Below are positions 29,489 through 37,724 of a stretch of 64,000 nucleotides of DNA, one piece after another. Both the position numbers and the translations under genes were made by a program. Position 1 is the first letter of the stretch. Every line of letters begins with the position of its first letter. Source of the stretch: Gammaproteobacteria bacterium (lineage in GTDB: Bacteria; Pseudomonadota; Gammaproteobacteria; BMS3Bbin11); NCBI GenBank assembly GCA_013150915.1, contig JAADJE010000001.1, positions 30,575-94,574 on the forward strand, read 5' to 3'. The notes under the pieces are model-generated. The model was not told where the DNA came from, did not search any database, and saw only the letters and a list, made by a program, of their open reading frames with translations.

Positions 29489-30193
29489 TCAGAGCACGAA
29501 TTCGATTTCCACACCTGCGAGGCTAATCACATCCCCATTCACCAATGGTGTAGACTGTGATCTCAGTTTCCTGCCGTTTACAGCAGGGGGATTTCCGCTA
29601 CCACTGGCGCCAGAAATAAAGGAGATAAAATAACCTTTCTTGCGACGTGACACGACCACTACCTGCACACCGGGGCGACCCAGTGTCACCATTGAACGAT
29701 TAACCTTAACTTCTTTACCTGCTGCCGGCCCAGAGAGTACTTTAAGTACAGCTACTCGGCTCTCTGGCTCAGGCTCTATGGCTTTAATTGCGGCAGTATC
29801 CTCGGCATCCTGCATCGCCTTTGCCTGAGATTCTGTTGCGACGTTACGTGCAATCTGCCCAGGCTTAAGTATCATTGTTTTCTCGAAATCTTCTTCATCT
29901 ACACCCGGTGCTGTGGTGTCAACATGGTATATCAACTTACTGTTACCAACCGTTATTACATCGCCTTCCTGTAACACGGTTTTATCAGTGCGATCGCCAT
30001 TAATAAATGTACCGTTTGTGTCACTAAGATTCTCAAGAAAAGAATCATCGAGAATGCTGATGATAAGTATATGTCTCCCGCTGACGGCAGGATCCGCCAG
30101 CACGATATCCACGCCAGGTCGCCTGCCAATCACTATCCGACTCTGATTTAATTTAAATTCTTTGCCTTCATTTTCCAGACTTAATATGCCCAT
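29489..30193 (-). CDS. Protein with two FHA domains
   Basis: N-terminal FHA (IVIGRRPGVDIVLADPAVSGRHILI..SDTNGTFING) and a C-terminal FHA-like module (VTLGRPG..AVNGRKL..GDVISLAGVEIEF), separated by an acidic linker. Confidence 0.8.
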   Translation of the reverse strand: MGILSLENEGKEFKLNQSRIVIGRRPGVDIVLADPAVSGRHILIISILDDSFLENLSDTNGTFINGDRTDKTVLQEGDVITVGNSKLIYHVDTTAPGVDEEDFEKTMILKPGQIARNVATESQAKAMQDAEDTAAIKAIEPEPESRVAVLKVLSGPAAGKEVKVNRSMVTLGRPGVQVVVVSRRKKGYFISFISGASGSGNPPAVNGRKLRSQSTPLVNGDVISLAGVEIEFVL

Positions 30194-30289
30194 TTCTTTT
30201 TCCTGCTCTAGCTTCGATTCGGATCATGCTTCAAACACGATCATTACTTAAGGTGCCGCAGCAAATCCACCCGTTAAGGCTCCACGCCA

Positions 30290-31102
30290 TCAACCCGAAA
30301 ATAACTTATTCAGGCGCTGCGCCCATGACTTGTCTCGAGTCTGATTGTCATCTACTCTTACCATAATTACGGTTACATTATCCTTGCCACCATTCGACAA
30401 TGCCTTGTTGACCAGCTCACCGGTACCGTATTCCAGATCAGTGGATGAACGGCGAATGATATTAGCGATATCCATGTCATCTACCATATCTGTCAAGCCA
30501 TCCGAACAAAGCAAATAGATGTCACCTGGACGTGCATCGTAATCATAAAGATCCACTTCTATCGTCGGATCTATGCCCAAAGCGCGGGTAACGATATTTC
30601 TTTGTTCCGAGACCTTGGCCTCTTCCTGCGTATAAAAACCATGATCGACTAATTCCTGAACCACCGTATGATCGGTAGTCAACAATTCGAGGTGATAGTC
30701 ACGGTAGCGATAGATCCGTGAATCTCCGATATGTGCAATACTCACTTTGCTGCCATGAAACCAGGCGACGGATACTGTCGTACCCATACCCCTGCATTCG
30801 TGGTCATCATGTGCTGAATCGTAAACCTGTTGATTTGCATGGTGCAGTGCCCGATATAGAATTGCGGATTCCTCGTGTTGCTTACCATCCAGCTCAACCT
30901 TTTCTTCGCTACCCTTAATCTGTATAACAGAATGCACCAGCGATGTAATGGCTATCGCGCTGGCTACTTCACCGGCCTTATACCCCCCCATACCATCTGC
31001 GAGTACGGCTAAACCCATTTCGGCATCAAAACCAAAATTGTCCTCGTTATGTTCACGCACACAACCGGTGTCTGATTTTGCTTCAATAACAAGTTTTACC
31101 AT
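30290..31102 (-). CDS. PP2C-family Ser/Thr protein phosphatase
   Basis: SDTGCVREHNEDNF, VLADGMGG, CSDGLTDMV, GGKDNVTVI motifs. ATG 31102 is chosen because it forms a TAATG overlap with the kinase stop. The longer ORF start at 31132 would lie inside the kinase gene. Confidence 0.88.
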   Translation of the reverse strand: MVKLVIEAKSDTGCVREHNEDNFGFDAEMGLAVLADGMGGYKAGEVASAIAITSLVHSVIQIKGSEEKVELDGKQHEESAILYRALHHANQQVYDSAHDDHECRGMGTTVSVAWFHGSKVSIAHIGDSRIYRYRDYHLELLTTDHTVVQELVDHGFYTQEEAKVSEQRNIVTRALGIDPTIEVDLYDYDARPGDIYLLCSDGLTDMVDDMDIANIIRRSSTDLEYGTGELVNKALSNGGKDNVTVIMVRVDDNQTRDKSWAQRLNKLFSG

Positions 31103-33573
31103 TATTTTTTGCCTACCATCTTTTTCGCGCATGCCAACAAATCCCGTGCCAGTTTCTTGCCATCCTGGTATCGGTCATCAGCCTCCTTCTGTAACAACTT
31201 GTCCAGAATCTCCCTGATGCAATCTCCATTCTCCTTCAAGTCCGGACGCAGAGCAAAAAGATCAGGTGGTGGTTCATTGGTAATCTTGTACATCAACTGG
31301 GTCAGAGAATCTGCCTTATACGGTAGATGCCCAGTCAGGAGTTGGAACATCAACACACCCAGAGAATACAAATCGGTTCTTCCATCCAGCTTTTTGCCAC
31401 GCAGTTGTTCTGGCGACATTGAAGAGGGTGTGCCAAGTACCATGCCCGTTTTCGTTCGTCGTGAATCCGTGAGTCGAGCAATGCCGAAATCCGTTATTTT
31501 CAATTGCCCGGTACCCGGATCAAACATAACATTCGCTGCTTTTATGTCGCGGTGAACAATGTCCCTGCTGTGAGCATAAAACAACGCTCCGGCAAGCTTC
31601 ATTCCTATTTTTACCACGGTCAATGGTGGCAGTAATGTCCCTTTCTTGGTGTAGACGCGTAAATCACTCCCGGTAAGAAACTCCATTGCGATATAAGCCA
31701 GCTCATCATGCTCACCGGCATCATAGATAGTGACAATGTGTGGATGATGCAGCCGCCCAGCTGCCTCTGCCTCATGAAAGAATCGGCCCAGTACATTTTC
31801 CTGCTCATCCTCATCGAATTCACGTTTCAGATTTAATGTTTTTATTGCGACTGTACGATTTATCTTTGGATCCGTCCCCTGATAAACCATACCCATAGCA
31901 CCCTTGCCTATCTCCTGCTGGACCAGATAACGACCCAGTCTCTTCCCCTTGGAATCTGATTCCTTTTCTTCAGCGAGATCCAGGGATGTGATGGCGGTGC
32001 TGATTACAGGCCCGATTTTGCTCTCGTCAATCATCACCGTATCTTCCATCATTCGTGCTTTTTCCAGTTTGCCCTGCAACTCCTTGAAATGAGGATTGAA
32101 ACTTTCCATGTATTGATACACTGCAACAGCACGATCAAAACGGCCACTGGCCTCAAAGTCCTGTGCCAGATAAAACAACATCACCATAATTGAGTTTTCC
32201 AGCGGACATTTACGAAAACTTTCAAAGGCAGCATCCAGCTCACCACGCTTTTGCGACGCCAGACCAACGCGTCGATGCACTTCGCCCGACATGGCATTTG
32301 GCTTTTCTACCTGCTTATGAACACTGCCCATTAACCATGTCACAAGAAAACCCGTAAGCAGTAATAGGATGGGTGGATACATATTCAACCAGATGGATGT
32401 CTCCAGCAAAAACAGGATTTCAATCCCAAGCAGGATCAAAACCAGTACGGTTGTCACAATGATCCTGGCTTTCAACTCCTGACTGAACAACCAGAGAAGC
32501 AATGCAGTGACAAGAATAAGCAAAACTGTCGAGACCATGCTGGCCCAGGCGGGGGGTGAAATAAGCTTACCGTCCAGCATACTGGCCAATGTCTCAGCCA
32601 CCACCATCACGATCGGCATAGAAATATCCGTTGGTGTACTCACTGCCCGTGCCAGACCATCTGCCGTCACACCCAGTAAAACTATCTTCCCACTTAGCCG
32701 ATCAACCGAAACAGCTCCGTGCAGAACGTCATGGTATGAAACCACCTCAACCGTATACCTGTTGGTTGTGTTAGACAGAGGGAAATAGGGCCAAACTTGA
32801 AATTGTGGATCCGTCAAAAGCGTGCTGCCCGCAATACTTAACTTTTTTTCTGACGTAAATGTGACATCCGAAAGCCTCAGCTTGTTGACACGCAGGTATA
32901 ACTGCATAGCAAGCGTAGGCATTAACAAACCATTTGCTTCGATAAATAAAGGCACACTGCGAACTTTTTTTGAAACATCGTTTTCGACAAAGATACTGGT
33001 ATAGCTTGCAGCCGGGCCGCTGGCACTCTCGGGTAATGGATAGGCCGGCCTGGCAGAGTGTAATTTTAAAGATTGCTCATTGGGTAAACTGTTCTGCAGC
33101 AAATAGCCGGGCAATGCCGTCTGTATCCTGTCATCTTCTGATGTACTCACAAAAGGGATGCCCGCAGCAACAATCCCCTGGTTTCGAATGTCTCTGACCA
33201 AATCAGCCAACCGCTGACTGTAAACAGAGGGAAATGACAGGGTATCATCGCTGCCGGTAGCGGCCATGTTCAGTGAATGTAATCCAACATAAGCTACCAA
33301 CTCCACACCGGCTGAAATCAGATTTTCCAGCAACCGGATATGTGTTTCATATGGGACAGGATAGCGGCCAATTTTATCCAGCGAGTACTCATCAATCGCC
33401 ACCACCAGCACATTTGAGACAGGGGGCTGTCCCAGTACGCGGATGTTGTCATATAATGAGTAGCCAGCATCATCAAGCAAACCCAGCCTACCCGCCAACA
33501 AAATGAGCACCAGCATCACCAGGGTTACAAAACCGTTACGTGAAAATATCAACGACTTCATGGCCGTTGCCAC
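31102..33573 (-). CDS. Transmembrane sensor Ser/Thr kinase: N-terminal CHASE2-like domain, TM bundle, TPR-like linker, C-terminal Hanks kinase
   Basis: CHASE2 signature VVAIDEYSLDKIGRYPVPYETHIRLLENL. Three TM helices (~res 345-420). Kinase motifs GKGAMGMVY, VAIKTL, HRDIKAANV, DFGIA, GTPSSMSPE. Confidence 0.85.
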   Translation of the reverse strand: MATAMKSLIFSRNGFVTLVMLVLILLAGRLGLLDDAGYSLYDNIRVLGQPPVSNVLVVAIDEYSLDKIGRYPVPYETHIRLLENLISAGVELVAYVGLHSLNMAATGSDDTLSFPSVYSQRLADLVRDIRNQGIVAAGIPFVSTSEDDRIQTALPGYLLQNSLPNEQSLKLHSARPAYPLPESASGPAASYTSIFVENDVSKKVRSVPLFIEANGLLMPTLAMQLYLRVNKLRLSDVTFTSEKKLSIAGSTLLTDPQFQVWPYFPLSNTTNRYTVEVVSYHDVLHGAVSVDRLSGKIVLLGVTADGLARAVSTPTDISMPIVMVVAETLASMLDGKLISPPAWASMVSTVLLILVTALLLWLFSQELKARIIVTTVLVLILLGIEILFLLETSIWLNMYPPILLLLTGFLVTWLMGSVHKQVEKPNAMSGEVHRRVGLASQKRGELDAAFESFRKCPLENSIMVMLFYLAQDFEASGRFDRAVAVYQYMESFNPHFKELQGKLEKARMMEDTVMIDESKIGPVISTAITSLDLAEEKESDSKGKRLGRYLVQQEIGKGAMGMVYQGTDPKINRTVAIKTLNLKREFDEDEQENVLGRFFHEAEAAGRLHHPHIVTIYDAGEHDELAYIAMEFLTGSDLRVYTKKGTLLPPLTVVKIGMKLAGALFYAHSRDIVHRDIKAANVMFDPGTGQLKITDFGIARLTDSRRTKTGMVLGTPSSMSPEQLRGKKLDGRTDLYSLGVLMFQLLTGHLPYKADSLTQLMYKITNEPPPDLFALRPDLKENGDCIREILDKLLQKEADDRYQDGKKLARDLLACAKKMVGKK

Positions 33574-33912
33574 TCCTCCTTTATTAAGACAGGCCTGAAT
33601 CAGGTCGATCCTGTTTCTGTTTTATTCTCGTACTGCGAAAACGTTTACCACTCTTTTCATCCGGTGCTGCGAATTGAATATTACAGAATACACAGGAATG
33701 AACGGTTTTTACTGAAAATGCTTAATGGCTCACACCGATACACCTCAGGCCATCTTCGCATGACCGGCAATATCCATCAAGATACGGATAGCAGCAAATA
33801 ACAACACATGGGGCAACTATTCCTGACTAACGGGTAGTATTATTCGTTTATGTGCAATTTTATTAGGCTCTGTTATTATTAAAAACACTCACAACGTACT
33901 AACCTGACACCT

Positions 33913-34374
33913 ATGCCTCACTTGTCTCTGTCACCAAAAATATTTTTTTCTTTGCTGGCATTTCTAATTTTTTCCATGTTCTCCTACTCTGCACTTTCAA
34001 CAATCTATCTCAGTACGGTACAGAAGGGGGGCCTCCCTGTGCCACAGGCTACAAACAAATTCAGCTGTGCGGAAAAAATATACGGTGTTGTTGTTGGCCA
34101 ATGGCCTGCGGGGAGCAAACACCTGATGGAGGCTTACTGGACTGACCCCCAGGGAAAACAACGCGAACACACACGGTATAATTTTACTGCGCGCAAAGGT
34201 AAAACGCACACCTGGGCGTGGCTGCTTTTACATGCTGCAAAACCCAACATGCTCGACCGTTTGCTGATGCAGGAAAATGATAGCCTTCGAGAATTTAACG
34301 GGCAATGGCAAGTGGATTTTTATGTCGATGGAAAATCCTTAGGTAAATTGACCTTTCAGCTTATCTGTGGATAA
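33913..34374 (+). CDS. Hypothetical secreted or membrane-anchored protein
   Basis: 153 aa. N-terminal hydrophobic leader (IFFSLLAFLIFSMFSYSALS), then a beta-rich body with two Cys. No family recognised. Confidence 0.5.
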   Translation: MPHLSLSPKIFFSLLAFLIFSMFSYSALSTIYLSTVQKGGLPVPQATNKFSCAEKIYGVVVGQWPAGSKHLMEAYWTDPQGKQREHTRYNFTARKGKTHTWAWLLLHAAKPNMLDRLLMQENDSLREFNGQWQVDFYVDGKSLGKLTFQLICG

Positions 34375-34433
34375 ATCGCACATCTATCGACTGTAGCAGA
34401 TATTAATTACCCACCAGGAAATCGGATCTAAAT

Positions 34434-34964
34434 ATGAAAATTTTTACCCTGCAATACACTGGCATCACCCTCCTCTTTACCCTGCTATTGGTATTTTCCG
34501 GCTGTAGCAGTAATAGCAACGAGACATCTACTGGAGGCGGGGCCTCCACTCCAGGCGCGGGAACCGGCTCAGCCCCCCCCGAGAATACTGCAGCACCTTC
34601 TTCCCTGGCAGGCACATATACTGGCACAGCTACCGCCACGGTATCGGCACTGGGCCTGTCGGAATCTGAAACTGTTCCAGTTACTGTCATCATTGACCAG
34701 GACGGTACAATCACCATACAAAGTGGCTCGGACATATTTAACAGTACCCTCACTATGAATGGAAATTCATTCAGCCAGAGTCAGACATTTGATAATGAGG
34801 AATTCGGTTCTGTGAAATGCAGTGGAACACTCACATTGCAGGGGTCAATCAACAACGCCGGGAAATTTGCCGCCACCCTCAGTTCACAATCAGTAAGCTG
34901 TAACAGTAATGGCGTGAATATACCCGGGACAGTATCTGGCTCATTGACAGCAAACAAGCAATAA
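34434..34964 (+). CDS. Hypothetical lipoprotein
   Basis: Lipobox LLLVFSG|C, Ser/Gly/Pro-rich linker, then a beta-rich Thr/Ser-rich domain. No family recognised. Confidence 0.6.
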   Translation: MKIFTLQYTGITLLFTLLLVFSGCSSNSNETSTGGGASTPGAGTGSAPPENTAAPSSLAGTYTGTATATVSALGLSESETVPVTVIIDQDGTITIQSGSDIFNSTLTMNGNSFSQSQTFDNEEFGSVKCSGTLTLQGSINNAGKFAATLSSQSVSCNSNGVNIPGTVSGSLTANKQ

Positions 34965-34969
34965 TTTCA

Positions 34970-35001
34970 GTGTTCAGTGTATGTTAGCTTTTACTGAACA
35001 C
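34970..35001. repeat. TGAACAC-type REP hairpin between convergent genes
   Basis: GTGTTCAGT (34970-78) pairs with ACTGAACAC (34993-35001). The motif is the same as the repeats flanking ubiA. Confidence 0.55.
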
Positions 35002-35034
35002 CGAAGGCTGGGAACCCAACACCGTATTATTATT

Positions 35035-35979
35035 TTAATACAAACTTTCCTCACCTTCCGGCCTTGATTTGAACCGCCGGTGTACCCAAAAATACTGTTC
35101 TGGCATTTCACGTATACCCTGCTCGATGGTCTCGTTCATACGTCGTGCATCTTCCACGGAATCATTGGTGGGAAAATTATCAAGTGGCGGCAAAAATATC
35201 ACTTCGTAACCCCTGCCACTTGGCAGCATTTTTGTGAAACACGGGATAACTACCGCCTTGCTTATACGGGCAAAACGAGAAAACCCCGGTGTTACCGCTG
35301 TCTGAATACCAAAAAATGGTGCGAAAATTTTATCACCGGAACCCGGATCCTGATCCGGCAAATAATAAAACGGGCTACCTGCACGCATCATCTTGACCGC
35401 TTTGCGCATATCAGCCTTTCTTTCAACCATAATTCCACCAAAACGACCTCGCCCTCTCCGCACCAGAAAATCAATTAATGGGTTTCGAATCGTTTGATAC
35501 ATGCTGAACATTGGCCTGCCGTGTGAAAGTACTAAGCCTGCGATTTCCATTGCAACGAAATGCGGCGCCAGCAATATGACAGGTTTCCCACCGGCAATGG
35601 CCTGATCATAATAATGCCGGTCACGCATAGTCACCAGGCCCTGCAATCTACGTAGCGATGCAAACATATTGATGCCAAGGGTCAGTGATGCCTGACCCAG
35701 AACCTTGAAGTGCTCCTTTAATAATGCATCAATTTGAGTACTATCAAGCTCAGGAAAACACAGCTCAAGGTTGGTTCTGGCGATGTGCAGTCTCCGTTGC
35801 GTGACTCTATACAGAATAAGGCCCAGGCCTCTACCCAAATATGCAGTGAGGGGCAGGGGCAATAAACTGATGAGCCAAAGCAGCAGAATTCCGAGCCAAA
35901 CCAGCCAGTATCGCGGGTGTACAAACCGGAGGGCACCCCTATACGTTCCAGATAACTCAGATTGTGATTCAAAAGCCAT
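35035..35979 (-). CDS. Lipid A biosynthesis (Kdo)2-lipid IVA acyltransferase, LpxL/LpxM family
   Basis: 314 aa. N-terminal TM (YWLVWLGILLLWLISLLPL) and the late acyltransferase fold (HFVAMEI.. PDQD). Confidence 0.85.
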   Translation of the reverse strand: MAFESQSELSGTYRGALRFVHPRYWLVWLGILLLWLISLLPLPLTAYLGRGLGLILYRVTQRRLHIARTNLELCFPELDSTQIDALLKEHFKVLGQASLTLGINMFASLRRLQGLVTMRDRHYYDQAIAGGKPVILLAPHFVAMEIAGLVLSHGRPMFSMYQTIRNPLIDFLVRRGRGRFGGIMVERKADMRKAVKMMRAGSPFYYLPDQDPGSGDKIFAPFFGIQTAVTPGFSRFARISKAVVIPCFTKMLPSGRGYEVIFLPPLDNFPTNDSVEDARRMNETIEQGIREMPEQYFWVHRRFKSRPEGEESLY

Positions 35980-35995
35980 TATATAAAGGCAAGCA

Positions 35996-36089
35996 TCGTA
36001 CGTATTAGCTCTCTATTGCGAAGAGCCTTAATGCAAAGGTCGCCGATTTTGGATTCAAGATGATTATTCATGAATTATTAGAGCCACCC
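35996..36089. mobile_element. Truncated, degenerate right half of the MITE-like family (copy C)
   Basis: TCGTACGTATTAGCTCTCTATTGCGAAG...ATTTTGGATTCAAGATGATTATTCATGAATTATTAGAGCCACCC aligns with the right half of copy A. It is followed by TTA (36090-92). Confidence 0.5.
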
Positions 36090-36096
36090 TTAGCTA

Positions 36097-37050
36097 TCAG
36101 TAAGGGGCTTCTTCACCCGACGGGCGCGTTTTAAATAATTTAAACGTCCATGAGTACATTTCTGGCATTCGCCTGACCCCGGCTTCCAGCGCCTGATTCA
36201 TGTTTATCGCATCCGCCAGATCATCACCTGATGGAAAATTTTTCAGTACCGGATCAAAATACAATTCGTAACCCCTGCCGCCCCGCAAACTGTTCATAAA
36301 AACAGGCATAACTACTGCATCCCCTATACGTGCAAGTGCCGACAGGCTTGTCACTGTCCAGCTCTGAACGCCAAAGAAAGGCGCAAACACGGAAGCAGGA
36401 GAGCCGAAATCTTCATCCAGCATTAGATAGCCTGGATACCCCTGACGTAAATAACGAATCACTGGTTTTAGACCCTGATCACGATTTATTACCTGAGTAC
36501 CATTACGGGAACGACTGCGAAACAACAAATAGTTAAACACCTGATTATTTAATGGCTTCATCATCGTTACAACTGGCTTGTAGCGTGAGAAATACTGGCC
36601 ACACAAATCCACCGTTAACAGGTGGCCTGTCAGTAAGATAACATTTTTCCCCTGCTCTATGAGGCTCAAATACTGATCCAATCCATGCACAGAAGTAAGC
36701 CGCTCCAACCGACGAGATGATGCCCACCAACAGATAGCAAGATCAAAGATACTCGCACCATAAGCCTCAAAATGTCGCAGAACCAGTCCTCGCCTGTCCT
36801 CTTCAGCTAAATCAGGAAAACAGAGGTCAATATTAATGTGTGCAATATGCCTGCGCTTGTCATTAATTCGATAAAACTGTCGTCCGATAACTCGCCCAAT
36901 GCTGTGCAATACAGGTAAGGGCAATAACACCAGAATCCGTAGCACAGCAATAAAAAGCCAGAGTAACCAGAACCTGGGATGAAGAAATGTCCACTTAAAC
37001 TGAGCTCTTTTGAGTGAGTTCTTTTGTAGTCTTTTGATGCTTTGTGACAT
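36097..37050 (-). CDS. Lipid A biosynthesis acyltransferase, LpxL/LpxM family (second paralogue)
   Basis: 317 aa. Same architecture as 35035-35979 (FWLLWLFIAVLRILVLLPL, HLLTVDL, LDEDFG). Confidence 0.85.
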   Translation of the reverse strand: MSQSIKRLQKNSLKRAQFKWTFLHPRFWLLWLFIAVLRILVLLPLPVLHSIGRVIGRQFYRINDKRRHIAHINIDLCFPDLAEEDRRGLVLRHFEAYGASIFDLAICWWASSRRLERLTSVHGLDQYLSLIEQGKNVILLTGHLLTVDLCGQYFSRYKPVVTMMKPLNNQVFNYLLFRSRSRNGTQVINRDQGLKPVIRYLRQGYPGYLMLDEDFGSPASVFAPFFGVQSWTVTSLSALARIGDAVVMPVFMNSLRGGRGYELYFDPVLKNFPSGDDLADAINMNQALEAGVRRMPEMYSWTFKLFKTRPSGEEAPY

Positions 37051-37124
37051 AGTGCCTGCGGGCTTGATATTTTATTGCGAACGATTAAGATGACGAAACG
37101 GCGTTTATCAGGCATCATTATGCC

Positions 37125-37709
37125 ATGGATAACAAGGAAGCCCTGATACGTTTTTACCGCCTGCTGCGTCAGCATGGACTGAATGACTCACATAGCGGCA
37201 ATATTTCGTATTTACAGGACAGTGATTTTTTTATCACTGCAACCGGGTCCTGTGCCGACCTTGCTGAAGTAAAAGATGTCATCCATTGTACAATGGATGA
37301 CACACCGGTTCCTGATGCCTCACTGGACCAATATGCTCATCGCGCTATCTACCGCCATAACCCCGAAGCACGCGCTGTCATACACAGCCATAATCCCTAT
37401 ACCGTTGCATTAACACTTAACGGTGAAGATTTCATACCTGTTGACCTTGAAGGTCAGTACTATTTTCCACGTGTACCGGTTATCTCGATTAGCTTCAAGA
37501 CCTATTTCGAGCACTCACCCATACTGATCGCCACGGCATTGGCCGAATATCCCGTAGTCGTCGTACGTGGGCACGGCGTTTATGTGCAGGGGGCGTCGTT
37601 GGAGCTGGCTTACAAATGGGTCAGCTCACTCGAGCAATCAGCCAAAACTGCCTTCCTGGCACGGCAGGCCGGCACCTTCGTTGTTGACCACGAACTGACA
37701 CTGGAATAG
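37125..37709 (+). CDS. Class II aldolase/adducin-family protein
   Basis: NDSHSGNISY, AVIHSHNPY, VVVRGHGVYVQG motifs. Confidence 0.8.
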   Translation: MDNKEALIRFYRLLRQHGLNDSHSGNISYLQDSDFFITATGSCADLAEVKDVIHCTMDDTPVPDASLDQYAHRAIYRHNPEARAVIHSHNPYTVALTLNGEDFIPVDLEGQYYFPRVPVISISFKTYFEHSPILIATALAEYPVVVVRGHGVYVQGASLELAYKWVSSLEQSAKTAFLARQAGTFVVDHELTLE

Positions 37710-37724
37710 ACCATCGACGCAACT

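Noticed and set aside
29489-33573. Interpreting the FHA/PP2C/kinase genes as part of a type VI secretion cluster.
   Set aside because: No tss/hcp/vgrG/clpV-like genes occur anywhere in the 64-kb window. The kinase also has a CHASE2 sensor rather than the PpkA von Willebrand-type domain. It is kept as a stand-alone signalling finding.
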